64,000 bases of DNA from Moniliella sp. 'wahieum' (taxonomy: Eukaryota), in NCBI GenBank assembly GCA_003971905.1, contig RSEE01000021.1, forward strand, positions 496,001 through 560,000. The letters run 5' to 3'. The translations under genes and the position numbers were made by a program. Of this stretch, positions 1 through 12,506 are shown piece after piece (positions within the stretch are counted from its first letter, which is position 1; every line of letters begins with the position of its first letter). The notes beneath the pieces are model-generated. The model searched no databases. It was not told the origin of the DNA and was given only the letters and a program-made list of their open reading frames with translations.

Positions 1-343
1 GGATTCGGCTCTGTTCAAGTCACTGTTTGCGAAACGGACAAAGATTCACAAGGGCCACACCCTCGATCTTCTCTTCCAGCGTGTCGCACTCAAGGATCGC
101 GCTACCACGGCGGTCACTATTGCTCACGATGGGGTGGCACTGGGTACGGTCGTACCTCAAGTCCATGGCACACCCCTCACCCGCAACCTGGTCCTGGCCT
201 ACGTGTCACAGGGCAACGTGCCTTCTCCTCCGGTACGTTCTTCGATTAGTGCGATGCGCATCAAACTAACATTGTAACGCCTTGACGTACAGTTACGAAA
301 AGCCGTGGAAGAATCTTTTGACCATATCAAGTCCCTTTCTTGA
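1..343 (+). CDS. 3' part of a chalcone-isomerase-fold protein (Aim18/Aim46-like); 5' end lies outside the window
   Basis: Frame 2 reads DSALFKSLFAKRTKIHKGHTLDLLF...LTRNLVLAYVSQGNVPSPP. Intron 233-292 (GTACGT..CTAAC..CAG), then LRKAVEESFDHIKSLS* (TGA 341-343). Family call is from remembered motif resemblance only. Confidence 0.55.
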
Positions 344-1600
344 TCAAGCCTTGGAAGAGAGTTTGCTCACCACTTGTACATCTTTGTGCCAAATAATACA
401 TGGGGCGACCGTCTCGTCTTCTACAGTATCGGGGTAGAAGTGGAATGCAGCAATAGAACTCACAGCAGGAGCAAGGATAGACTGTAAGTGCTTGTTGGGT
501 AGGAAAGATACCACCCTGAGGGGCGGAGTAGAACTTCCTGTGGGGGGCACTCCACCATGATCAAGTTGGAGGAGGAGGATCGGCATCGGCGCATTGAACG
601 CATTTTGACTTGTGCGCTTGGAGAAGCCACTCAAACTGGCAAGAACTCCAATCTGCACTTCAAGCGGAGCAGTGGTGGCCTGGCTCCCTTGGCTAGCCGG
701 AGGCGTCTCGGAAGCATGCGAGTCTGAATGGGGATACCGGGCCACCTCTGCCCCTCCGAAGCATCACGCGCCCACCACCCTCCACTCGTATCGGTAGTCT
801 CGACACCAGCCCCAGCCCAGGCGGCACGATGTAAAGTCCCCTCGAGTTCACGAAGGATCTTGGGCCCCAACGGTCGTTTCTCTCTGCTTTGCACTGTACG
901 ATCACCCGCATGTTCAAACCCGGAGCGTGTTGTCGCCACGCCTTCGCGGGGAGACCAACGAATTTTCCACCACCCCCGCAAGTCCGCACCTTGGTCGTTC
1001 CTCCCCCCCACGATAAAGGTCCATACCCAAGGAAGAGAGGTAGGCGAGCGTGCCAAACTCGAAACGTGTACCACGCGCCACAGTCGACTCCAGCCCGGTG
1101 TCGCACCCTTCACAGGCCCAGACGGTGCAAATGGAGGAGACATGACTGTCATATCAGGATCCTCGGCCCCTTGGGGTAACGAATTCAGCTGGCGCAACGC
1201 ATCCTTCTTGCTTGGCTTGGGCTGGGGAGGTGGATCCCCCAAGGTAAGGGTACCCTCGGCAACAGCCTTCTTGGGGCGCCCTCTGCGACGTGTCGTAACT
1301 GAACCGCTACAGGTAATGTCCCTGCGGGGGCGGCATCTTTCTCGGTCCCAGATATTGCACTTAGCGCCACGCTTTTTTTGGGTCTTCCTCTCGCCCGTTT
1401 CTGTACCAAGCCGTCTGAAGAGTAGGGCGGTGCAGGGACAGGGGCCTGGGCTGGCGTAGGAGCGTAGACCACACGTACAGTGGACAGCTGTGAAGATGGA
1501 AGAAAGGGGCGCAGAGACAGATTGGCATACGTCCTCATCCTCGTGGGCTTCCGCAGACCATGGGATATGGTGCATCGCAGGCATTGAGCCCACGCGGGAG
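344..1600 (-). CDS. Uncharacterised protein with two AT-hook-like motifs (frameshifted; start uncertain)
   Basis: Overlapping ORFs 1185-1931, 631-1914 and 344-745 contain KRARGRPKK and RRRGRPKK and a globular-looking C-terminus ending at stop 344-346. Confidence 0.5.
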
Positions 1601-2039
1601 GACGCATAGGAGGCGATGGTAAATTGGCACGAAGGATGCGCTGATGTCCATGTTGTGCTGCTGTATGCGTTTTTGCAAGTTGCATTTTTGGCTCGTGGGG
1701 ATCCTGGTCCTTTACACCTCTGCTGCATCTGCTGGCATTTTGAGTTACTGAGCTCGGATGAAGGTGAGCACCAAAGGTGTCTCCCCGGTCCACGCTGGAT
1801 AGAATGAACAGCACTATGGGCAAACAACGCTGTATGAGGGGGATCATAGCAATCGCATGATAGGAGAGGGCATGGAGTGCTCGCCTGGCGGAAGCCAGGC
1901 GCGTTTTGGAGCACGATCTAGGCGTGGGCAATAGACCGATGGAACTGGTGTGTGTGCGCCCCTCCAGGGGCAGAATAGACGCCGGGCGGAGAAGGACGCA
2001 GAATACGGGGTCCGATCATGTGAAGACGGACGAAACGAA

Positions 2040-2525
2040 TTAAGCCATGCGCTTGATGAGGGCAGGCATGAAGTGCTCGCGGTCGCCAGTGTCACCGTTG
2101 TTCTCAACGAAGTGCTTGAGCTTGCGGGCACGGAAGCCGCCCGTGGGGTTGGACAGCTTGAAGGGCCAGAGGAAGGTGGTAACCTGCTTGAAGTGGGGGC
2201 CGGCCGTGTAGATCTCGTGAACGAGGTCCTCAACCGAGAGGAAGCCAAGCTTGCTCAGGCGGGACTGGATCAGCTTGTTGTCCGACAGAGGCAGGCGCTG
2301 GCCGTTAATCTTGGCGTAACCGCGCTTGTAGAGAAGCAGACGGATGGTGGCCAGCGAAGGAGTACCGTACGTAACGTAGGGCTCGATAAGCTGCAGCATC
2401 TGGGCCGTGGCCTTGGTGAGCTTGATAAACACACCGTTGTTGACCTGGATCAGACGGAGAAGTTGCATAATCTTGCGGGGCTTAGGGGGGATGTTGCAGA
2501 TACCGCGGAGACGGACCACAAACAC

Positions 2526-2558
<33 letters not shown>

Positions 2559-3058
2559 GGCGGCCTTGGCCACACGGCGGTTCTTCACCTCCTCAGCTTC
2601 AGCCGCAGCGTACTCGGCGACGTAAGCTTCGTTGCGCTTAAGGATCTTCTCGCGGGTTTCCTTGGAAGCCTAAAAAGCGTCAAAAAGGTCAGTCCCAATC
2701 CAGGGAGGCACTCATACGATGCGGAAGGGTTGGGACAGGCACGAGCGCGTCCGGGAGTAGGATGCTCAGACCCGAAAGATGGTATGATATTGAGGCAGCA
2801 TAGCAAAGAAAGGCTAGCCATCAAAGTGGGTGTTATGCATCATAGCGCTCTGCTCCCGGTACAGCGCTTTGGGCGTCCGCCGGCGCTGGATGTCACGAGC
2901 ATCCGGGCCCATCCCATGGCATAGGCAGCACCACGTACCTTCTTCGCCTCCGCCGCCTTGGCAGCGAGCTCGGCCTTGACGGCATCCTGCGCAGCAACCT
3001 GCTTGGCGATCGCCTCAGGGCGCAAAATTGACTCGTGGGAGGGAACCGTCGTGGCCAT
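2040..3058 (-). CDS. RPL7: 60S ribosomal protein uL30 (L7)
   Basis: Exon 1 3058-2939 (MATTVPSHESILRPE..), intron 2938-2670 (GTACGT..CTGAC..TAG), exon 2 2669-2040 with FYVPAQPKVVFVVRLRG, IEPYVTYG, EDLVHEIYTAGPHFKQ, FLWPFKL. Confidence 0.97.
2764..2846 (-). ncRNA. Intronic box C/D snoRNA predicted to guide the LSU rRNA site equivalent to yeast Gm805 (snR39B/SNORD2-type guide)
   Basis: Minus strand: box C-like AUGAUGC (2843-2837), guide ACCAUCUUUCGGGU (2783-2770), box D CUGA (2769-2766). The guide is complementary to the conserved LSU sequence ACCCGAAAGAUGGU. It lies in the RPL7 intron upstream of the branch site. Confidence 0.85.
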
Positions 3059-3194
3059 CTTTCTTGGAGTGTCGGAGGTTGGGGTGCAAAGCTGGATCTC
3101 GCGCCAAGCTTCACCACGGTCTTTCCAGTGTCCGACGCCCATCGCAAGCCCGCCTTAGATTCGAAACTAGGCAGAGGGGCGCACTTCACCGCTT

Positions 3195-3218
3195 ACCCTA
3201 GTATATTACACTAGGGTT
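3195..3218. promoter_or_regulatory. Inverted pair of ACCCTAG / TAGGGTT (telo-box-like) motifs in the RPL7/NRK1 divergent promoter
   Basis: ACCCTAG 3195-3201 and CTAGGGTT 3211-3218; the same motif recurs upstream of the other ribosomal protein genes here. Confidence 0.6.
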
Positions 3219-3407
3219 GACTTATTGCGCCCTGCATGCATCTCAGCCGCAAGGACATCGCTTAGCATGAAACGTTCAATATGGGCGGCTACCGGTTGCC
3301 GGTCAAATAGCTTAACATTTCATATCCGCCTTCGGTTGTCCTTATTCTTTGTCCGCCGGTCCTTGCCATGGAGCACTTGCGGGTCCTTCCGCTCCCCACC
3401 ACGAGCG

Positions 3408-4394
3408 ATGGATTCAACAAACGAGGCAACTGAGCCCGCAACGCGGACGGTGCTCAATCGGGGGGAGGGGCCACGAGCTCGGGAAAAACAACTATGGCCA
3501 AACATCTGGTGGACCTGCTCACGCCCGGGATCAGGGCGATGGAAGAGCGCATGGCCCATCCTTCTTCGACTGCCAGTATGAGTCCCGCCGTGGTCCTGAT
3601 CCATCAAGATGACTTTCTCAACAAAACGCTCCCTTGGAACGAGGCATTTGGTGCTGAAGATTGGGACACACCATATGGAGCGGTGGATTATCAAAAGACG
3701 GCTCAAGCTTTAGCGTATGTGAAGAAACATGGCGATCTTCCGTTGTGGTATAAGACCCATGACCACCTCAATGAGCTGAAGCCGCTTCCCGTCACCCCTG
3801 CCTTTAGGTCCAAGTGGCAATCTCGTTTCCTGTCCCTCTTGGTTCGTGCAGCGGAACAGGCCTGTGGCCAGCGGGTTGAGGGGAAGCCGCTGTACATTGT
3901 GGTGACTGAGGGCTTCCTCTTGTACTTTGACCCTGATGTCAGGAGATATATGGACATCAAACTCTTCATCCGCACTCCCAGGGATGAGGTACTGTATCGA
4001 GAGGGAGAACCGTGGAGGATACGTGACGGAGTCGGGGAGTCACTGGGTGGTGCGTACATTTCGAGCAGTTGCTGAGCTTCACTAACACACACATGCAGGA
4101 CCCGCCAGGGTATTTCGACGAAGTTGTGTGGCCTGCATACAAACTTGCCCACCAGCGCATCTTCCAAGGTGGGGATGTTGAGCATGGGTCACTGATCACA
4201 GCACCCTCTGAGGCGAGTGAATCCGAGAGGGTGGCCCCATCCCGGATCTGATCTTGATCGAGGATCGATCGCAGAGCAAAGCGCAAGACACCAATGAAGT
4301 TGAACGTCAGCTCGAGATCGCTTGCGTAGATTGAGACCAAGCTCCAGGCTTTATTATCAACGGAGAGGCAAGATACTTTGCCGCACGAATCGTA
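3408..4394 (+). CDS. NRK1: Nicotinamide riboside kinase family (P-loop kinase)
   Basis: P-loop GATSSGKTT, HQDDF, DWDTPYGAVD, VVTEGFLLY, DPPGYFDEVVWPAY; intron about 4050-4098; several indels; 3' end approximate. Confidence 0.8.
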
Positions 4395-5098
4395 ACCCAA
4401 AAACCACCGTATGGCTGATCCCTTCTTAAAGTGTGAGCATAGAAACAAGGGTGCTATTAGGATATAGCATGTCTTTGATGGACTTCAGGTGGAGCCATAG
4501 TTACTAGAGCAACATCTGCGCGTGGTACTAGGCATGATACTTGTATGTGACTCGTCAGTGGGGAGGTAAACTGGGTCGTACTCCTAAATGACTGTTTCAC
4601 GCGAACTTGTGCGTCTCCGGGAGGAAGCGAGTCAACCATCGACACTCTAGAGGTCTCACGCAGTGCGCTCTACACTACCTGTTTTACCGCTAAACTATCA
4701 CCTATCACCAGCGTTGCCGCAATCTTGCGGGAAGGGTTATCGCTTCAAATGCAGCAAGTGCTATCGTCTCAAGTGCTGTGGATGAGTGTCTGATGCGTTT
4801 CCCGGTACTGGCAGTTCTTGCCGCGAAAAGAGCCTAAGGGGGTTATCGTGTGACCCCTTCGCACGCTCTTAGTTTGGGCAATACGTTTTGTTCCATGGAT
4901 GTGGACAACTAATGATTGGTCTCATTTCATTCGCCATCTTGAATACGTCCATCACTGGTAGCTACTGGCACTCTATCTTATGTATGTACCGCACTTGTGC
5001 TTCCCCATTGCCTTGGAATTATGTGAGACTTCGGATGGAGAGAGGGGTGCGAAACTCAGGATGAATCAATTTCCTTTTCCATGAAAGCAAGAAAGAGT

Positions 5099-7366
5099 TT
5101 ATTTCCATTCCACCTCGTGGGCTACCTTTCCAAGGGCCCAGATGCAGAACGAATGCTTGTAGTTGGGGTAAGATATCATGCCTGGGGGAAAGGAGACGTG
5201 TCAGAATATTTACAACCATCGAAAAGCGTGACTTACAGTTTTTGTTGAAGACTCCTTCAATTCGCTCTTGTTTCCACGCGCCATCCTTGGTTTGGCGGGA
5301 CATGATGAGCTTGGTAGCACGAATGATGGGCTCTGGATCGTGTTTGTGGTAGTCAGCGTGCATCAGTGCGATCATGCCCATGAAGTCTGAACCACTTGGC
5401 TTTCGGGAGCGGGAGTATAGACGCCGGTTGTGCACGACTCATACGTTTCCCCCCAGCCGCCGTCGGCATTCTGCTTGGAAAGGAGGAACTCTACTCCCCG
5501 TCGTACTTCCGGTGTATTGTCCCACCGATATCCGGCCAAGCGTAGGGAGTGCAGGGAGAACATGGCAGCATAAGTCATGCAGATAGCCCAGGAACCATAC
5601 CAACCCATCAGGCCGTTGTTGTGTGAGGATCCACTTGATCGTCTGGCGAACGGTGCGCTGGATGTCCTCGTGGCGGTACCCGTCTTTGATCTCCGTTCGA
5701 AAGCAGACCTGCCACGACCGAAGTGGAGCACTCCACATAAGGGTATTCGACCATAATGTTGGCAAACACCTCAGCCGGGTTAAGAGCCTCGAGCAGCGAA
5801 CTCCCTCGCACCAATTCATAGCTTGCAAATCCTCCCCCTGGGTTTTGTAGTGAAAGCAGAAGATCGACGGTGTCGTGAAGGCGTTCAACACTGACCCGAG
5901 CATGCAGTTTGAGTGCTGGCTCTTGCAAACGCAAGACAGCCGTCATGCCCTCCGCAGTTGTATCACTGACAGTATAGCCCTGTTCGGGGGTGCTAAAGGG
6001 CCAGGCACCCTTAGTGGCGTGGCGGTAACCTTCCTTGTAGAACTTGGGGTTTTCGCGGATCTGACACTTGTCGAGCCAATCCAGCAAGCGTTGACAGGCT
6101 TCGTTATGCTCCGGCAAGGTTGAAAGTCCTGCATCTGCCATGGCCTGAGCGATGAAGGAGGCATCCCAGAGCTGCGAGCCGTTGGTACCAGTCATCATCA
6201 GACCACGGTCCGACATCCAAACAAAGTCTTTGGTCTTTTCGACGTGCAGAGCAAATGCCTCACTGTCGGTCCATCGACGTGCCATCGAACGAGTTGGTTG
6301 AGCATCTTGTTGACTGGTCCAAGACACTGGCACTTGGTGTTTTCATCTTCCATCACGATCAAGTCATAGGCGCGGCGGATTCCTGCTGTCGCAACGGCTC
6401 AATACGGCACTGCTCGTACACCCCCATCAGGCCAAAAAGACCATCAAGGAAGTAGGAATGCGGAGAGTAGACGTCGGCCGGGTTGACGTACGTTCGCATC
6501 TTGGGCCAATTGATCGTCTCATACGATTGCACGTACAGCTCTTCCCGCAATGAAGCTAGTAGCGCATCGTCTGGTGCTGTGATGCGTTCAGCCCAAATGT
6601 ACCCCATAGGAAGGTAAACCTGTCGGGTGTGGATCCACCATCGGTGCGGGTGGACAGGCAGGAAGTCGGGCAGCACCCAAAGCTCTGGGGGGATGGGTGC
6701 CATGCCTTCCCAGTCGTACACACCCAAGATCGCGAGCCACATCTTACCCCAGGAAGGTGCGCCGGTGGCGCCACCAAGGGTGTGGAGACGGGTGCGCGCT
6801 TTCTGAGCAACAGGGTGGTCTGCTGGAAGGCCGAGCAGACGCAGAACGCAGTAGTTGAGCGCCGTACCGAAGACGGTGCTGTGGTCCTCAATGTGAAGCC
6901 CCCAACCACCGTCCTCGTTCTGCATGTTGGCAAGGTAGCGTACAAACTCGGTCCGCCAAGCGGTGGGCATGGGCACGCGCGCAACGTAGTTGGCAATCAC
7001 CAGGCCCGGCAAGAGGAAGAGCGGGCCACCATATTCGCCGGACCAGTGCCCATCGGGAGCCTGAAGGCGCTTGTAGAAGGCAAACCCATTGGCGGCAGCC
7101 TGAGCAGGCGTGGTGGCAGGTGGGAGGGGTGGGTCGAAGGGCGCAAGCGGGAGGCCGAGCCAATACTTGTCCTCGTCAGTTTGCGGCCAGGCGGCGGCCT
7201 GCTCGGGGGTGAGGAAGGACCAGGTGTGGCGGCCATGGCTGCCGTCGCTGCTGGACAGACGCCAAAGCGTGCGGTCGGTGCGGGGAAGGTCCCCATCGCC
7301 AATGTCAGTAAAGGGGTTGGGCGAGCGCCAGTCCCAAGGCTTGGGGCGCTGCGGGGTGGCCGACAT
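5099..7366 (-). CDS. ERG7: Oxidosqualene cyclase, lanosterol synthase type
   Basis: [19 protein letters not shown] repeats ([17 protein letters not shown]), [34 protein letters not shown]; terminal intron 5236-5182; several indels. Confidence 0.95.
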
Positions 7367-8015
7367 GGTGGAGGTGGGGCAGAAGAATGCGAGGAGGGCA
7401 CTGCATTAGCCGCGCCTCGTTGGGCCGAATACCGAGTATGCATGCCATCAGCCACCGGGCAAAGGGCAGTGGCCCATGCAATGTTCAAGCCGGCATGCCT
7501 GCTGCATGCTGGGTTATGCTACCAGAGCGCGCCTTAGTGATCCGCGCAATCAGCGCGATCAGGCGCGAGTGCACTGATGAGCTGATGTGCCCCATCATGC
7601 ATTACATGCCCATGCATCATGCATCAGCATTTTGAACCCGATGAACCCGTTATTAGAGGTTTTCAGAAAGGCTAGTACCTCCCGAACGACGGTGCGCAAG
7701 AGCGTTGGGTCGGGGTTAGCAGGACAGGTTTTTAAATACTCGTTGCTCGCACACATCCTACGGTGCCCAAAAGTCAAAGAAATGGATGACAAAGAAGTAT
7801 GGCCATATTAGCATCAGCAAGAGAGAGGGGGGGGTCCCCCACACAAGTGGGGACAAAAGGCGATAAAGCAGTAATACGCACTTTCTGTCATCCGCCGCGT
7901 GCAGTGACAAAACACGTCTCCCTCCAAGCTCATGAGAATGGTCCGTAACAGATAACAGAGTGTCTTCCTCCCGTGACCGGCACAGAGGAAGAAAAGTAAA
8001 GGCAAAAGATGGTGT

Positions 8016-9289
8016 TTAGGAAGAATTGTTCACCCAGAAGGTGAACAGATCAGGGCGTGCCGCTCGAGGTGGCAAGGCGATTGACAGAATTGATGTTGAT
8101 GCTCTTCATAACACGTAAAATGCGATCCCCTTCACATAACTAGTCGTGTGGGCCCAGTTGTTAACCTCCTTGACATAGTTGTACGCTTGGCCCAGCGAGG
8201 GCGCGGCCGAACCATCGTAGTTCATGCACGCTGTCTCAGTAATGAAAATGGGCTTCTTGAATGTGTTGTACCAGTTCTCAAAGTAAGAGATAGCCTTTTG
8301 CGGGTCAGTTCCGTAAAAGTGCAAGCTGTCTGCGTCGACCTTAAATATAGAAAACAGGTCAGCAATAAGAAGGCTAAGAGAGGGAGTACGAAGGGGAAAC
8401 GCACTTTGTTCCACACGTCACTGCACTGCGACTTAAAGTTGTTCATCCATGTGATACCGTCGGGAGCGCCATTGGTCGAAGCTCCGATGATGGACCAGCC
8501 ATCTTGATCCTTGAGGGGAACAATGTAGTCGCGGAAAAGGGTACAAGCGTCACTCACGCTCATGTCTGACTGGCCGCCTTGATTGACCTCGTTGGGTCCC
8601 ATAGCGACTTTGGCGCTGTTCTGGGCGGAGGTACGGTCATTGAGTACGTACTTTTTCCAGTTGGAGACGCGCGTGCCCGAGTTACCCCACAACATAGGGA
8701 AGAACTTAATCGAGTCGGGGACGAACGAAGATGCTGTCGGGTTCCCCGTCGCAGGATATGCATCCCAGGAGTAAAGCCACCCATCGTCTTCTTGTAGGAC
8801 TGGATGTTGACCCACGGTCCGTTTGGCCAAGCAAGCCATTCTTATCCACATTCAGTCCGGCCGAAGAGCCAGAGGAGGAACCAGATGAAGAGCCAGACGC
8901 GCTAGGAGCGCTAGAGCTGCTTGATTGCGAGCTAGAGGCACCGTCGGAGGAGCCCGAGCTTGAAGTCGAGCTCGAGCCGGAACCCGAACCTGAACTCCAG
9001 TTGGACGAACCATCCGAGTTATCGCCAGAGCCGGGGCCGGAGCCGGAACCGAGCCAGAGGCTGAAGAACCTGAAGTGGAAGAACCCGACCCGATCCGGAC
9101 GAGTTCGAACCGGAGTCACCGTAGCCGAGTCACCACGCATGCGAAGCTTGCGGCTCATTCCACGATGAGAACGACCCAAGGCACGCCCTGCGATACCAGC
9201 CGGAGCGGCTCCCGAGCTGAACTCGGAGTAGCGGCAATCAATGTCGATCCAGCGACAATGGAAAGAGTGAGAAGGCGGAGGAAGTGCAT
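8016..9289 (-). CDS. Secreted GH128-family beta-1,3-glucanase-like protein with a Ser/Gly linker
   Basis: Signal peptide MHFLRLLTLSIVAGSTLIAA, S/G-rich linker, WLYSW, FFPMLWG, MGPNE, LHFYG, KPIFITETAC; intron 8404-8340. Confidence 0.8.
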
Positions 9290-9898
9290 CGTAGCCAGCA
9301 GTAAAGAGATAGAGGAAGGAAGAGAAAGAGAGAGACGATATAGGTAGAGGGTTGATTGGGGGGGGCAAGATGAAAAAGAGGGAGAAGAGGTGCAGAGGAG
9401 GGTGTGCCAAAAAGATCCGGCTTTCGGGCGCACAGTGTTGGAGGGTGACAGCGTCAAGCTGACTGCAGGTTGGTGGGAAGGATGGAGGGCTGTCGTGCTG
9501 TTGTGGTGGTAGGCCTGTGGGCTATATATAGGGCTGCAAATATCAGGGGACATATGGATGGACGGATAGATGTCAATAGGATGAGCGTGGCGGGGCCTCA
9601 TCGGTGGCTGCGCAGCAGCGGCTGCCAGGGTGCAGTATGCAGGGCCAGTTCCGTTGTCGCAGTGGTGCCGCTCGTCCCGGCTGCGCCAGTGCTGCGCCAC
9701 GAAGTGGGCCAGGGTCGAGGCTCGCGGGGGAGCGTGGGGACATTTAGGACAGAGGGCGACCGCCACGTCGCAGTTGGATGGCGCGCACCCTTCGCGTCGC
9801 ACGGTGAAATGTTACGTGGCGGGGGAATCGGTGCTCGGCAGGAAAGCTTCAAGCCACTGCTAGGCCCAGCCTAGACCCTTAGGCCTTATATATGCAGA

Positions 9899-10060
9899 TG
9901 CATGATGCATGATGCATGATGCAAGCCTCATGCCCCAGGCAGGTCACGGTCACCGGTCATCCGGTCATACATCACCGACTGCGGATACGTTGCCTTTAGA
10001 ATGCTAGATCATCGATCGTCGACCGGTGATCGATGATCACATGTCGATCACAGCTTGTCA
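9899..10060. repeat. Heptamer palindrome arrays
   Basis: (TGCATGA)3TGCA at 9899-9923; TCACCGGTCA near 9950; GA-CCGG-TGA-TCGA-TGA at 10021-10036. Confidence 0.85.
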
Positions 10061-11033
10061 GAGAAAGCCCCGTAAACAGACCTCTGTTATAATAGCGCTA
10101 CACGAGGAAGTGCCACCGGTGCGTGAGGCTTCGCCCTCTCCACGTCTACTATTAGCAAGTGTAGGAAGTAATACTGAAAGGGAAAGGTGCCAGAGTATTA
10201 GCCTGTCAGCCATGTCAGCGCTGCTCAGCATCCTAGCAACGCCCTCTACAGCCTGGCCTCTGTGAGCTATGTGAGCTGAGCGGGGGCATATATTTTGTTT
10301 TGTGTTGCTGTGCCCACGTAGAATCTGTTCCCCTCTCGTTGATAACCTAGTTGGTGTTGTTCATTTGCTAAACCATAAAATGGTGTTGGCGAGGCCCCTA
10401 TGTCAAACCGCAATGTTAATGACGTCTGTGTGCGATATAAATACGCCGGAGAGAGCGAGACAATCGTTATGGTAAAAGTTGTGGGGATGGCTGAGGAGGT
10501 CCATACTCTGTTGAAGAGGCTTTTGCCCTGTTCATGATGCATGCAGTGGCCATGGCACGTTGGGGGGGGGGTGTAGCCTATAGCTCATTAAGGAGACGGC
10601 TGTCTTTTACAGGCGTTTCGGATCGGGCATGCGGAAGAATGCATCACACAGGTGCCGCAAGTGGATTCAATTCCTCCCGCACTTCGACAGGGAAGTTTTC
10701 CAGATCCTTTCGAATTTGGCGCATAATCGACATAATCCCACTGCGTGATCCTTGACATCTAGGCACCTATCAATCCTTCTCTCATATATCTCGACCCCAC
10801 TCATCAAGTCATGCATGTTTGTGCCTGTGTTCACGGCTTGCTGTACACCGAATATCCAGCACCATTTCCCCATTTTAACCTCTCAGGAGCCTACCCGGCA
10901 CCTTTTGTGTCATTGGTTTCTGTCACAGTCCACCCCATGGTCCCAAGCTAGGCGCCATGAGGTAATAGTACATTCGAGGAGTGTGTGGGTCGAGACGAAA
11001 TGCAGGCAAACTAGGCAAAGGTGAACAACGCGG

Positions 11034-11984
11034 TCAGCGGAGGTGGGCAGGGAGCATCATCCCGTCGGTGACCTGGTCGCCATCGTCAATTTCAATGTCC
11101 TCGTCGTCGTCGCTTGCATTCTGGGCCGTGGCAACCTTAGTGCCATCTGCCTTGTTCCGGATTTGACCCACTACCGCCAGGTCCGCTCCGCTTTGCTCAA
11201 TCACAGCTTTCTGTTCAGGAGTGAGCTCAAGCTCGGTAAATGCACCCTCTGCCTTATCGCCGCGAGCCACAGCACTCCAGTAGTACGCCAGCGGGATAAT
11301 GCGGAACTCAGCTTGCTGGACAAGCAGGAGTTTCAGAATCTGTGCAGCCTCCTTGCTCAATTTCTCGCCCTTTTTGCAGACGGTGAAGTCCCGAAGCAGG
11401 GTAGGCACACCACGCTGCAGTTCGGTGGGCATGCCCAACTGCCTCAGTTGGGGCTCGATTGGATGAGGCAGATTCTCGGGCGGTGTGGTGCGCATCTGTA
11501 CGGGTCCCTTCGGGGACGACCGTTTCCGTCGCAATGTTGCCCGCGCGTGCAAAGTCGCGGCGGGAGTAGCTCTCGAACCAGTCCTGCACTTCTTCCGGGG
11601 GAGAATCAGTGAAGAGGATGCCTACTTGACCAGTCAGGCGCTGTAGGGCATAAAAACCATGTTAGTTTCGTTACCGAAAAACCGGCATGATTATGAAACG
11701 TACGTTGGACAGAGCAGAGATACCGGGTCGGAGTTCATTCTGTTCCTCCGTGCCAAGAGCAAAGCGAATGACACCGCTTTTTCCAAAGAAATACGGCTGC
11801 CCTCCCAGAGTTGCCGGACATCCTTGATGTAGGCATTTCGCATGTTGCCAATAGAGAAGAGCCATGCATAGGTAAACTTGTTGGCGGTATCACGGACCGT
11901 GTCGGCGAAAGACTCCTTGTCGGCCCTAGTCTTCTTACTGGTCTGCGTCAGCGAGACAACTTTGTTGCGGCGTGCGCGCGGCAT
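11034..11984 (-). CDS. MRT4: Ribosome assembly factor Mrt4
   Basis: MPRARRNKVVSLTQT, IGNMRNAYIKDVR, GILFT, DFARAG, EPQLRQLGMPT, AQILKLL; intron 11703-11641. Confidence 0.93.
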
Positions 11985-12228
11985 GGTGAAGAGTTCAGAG
12001 GTGGTGGTAGGAGGGGGTGGGGCAGCCCTGGCAGTGCTACTGCTTGTGGGGGAAAAGAAAAAAAATGTCACGGAATCCGGGCAGGCGGAATTGGTGTCCA
12101 TCGATCATCGATCGATCATCCTATCATCTCTGACGCGCAGCTCAAATGCACCGACACAGATATTTCATCTTTGAAATTCCAAAGATTTCAGTATTGTTCA
12201 GAGCAATGCAGTTCCAGCACGTGATGTC

Positions 12229-12325
12229 AACCCTACGTTGGCTAGCTACGGCGCAATTTCTGCGAGGGAGGCGTATCATCAGTGTCCCGTCCTCTCCAAA
12301 GTGCATTATCCACTTCTAACCCTAG
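12229..12325 (+). promoter_or_regulatory. Two AACCCTA motifs in the MRT4/RPL6 divergent promoter
   Basis: AACCCTA at 12229-12235 and 12318-12324. Confidence 0.6.
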
Positions 12326-12506
12326 CACTATCTAGTCAGGCTTCTGCCCTACCGCCGGCCTCGTTGGCCAGCTCATCGTCGTTCACCTCACCCGCAAGAC
12401 CATCAAGGCTTAACTCGTACGTTGCTCCACCTTTGCTCTTCCCTCCGCCTTGCTCGCTGGACCGCCCTTCCGATCTGACTTCCATATCTCCACCACAGAT
12501 AAAAAA

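Noticed and set aside
1950..2924. Long antisense ORFs (also 6629-7537, 12336-13079, 11043-11612)
   Set aside because: They are shadows of GC-rich, codon-biased real genes on the opposite strand.
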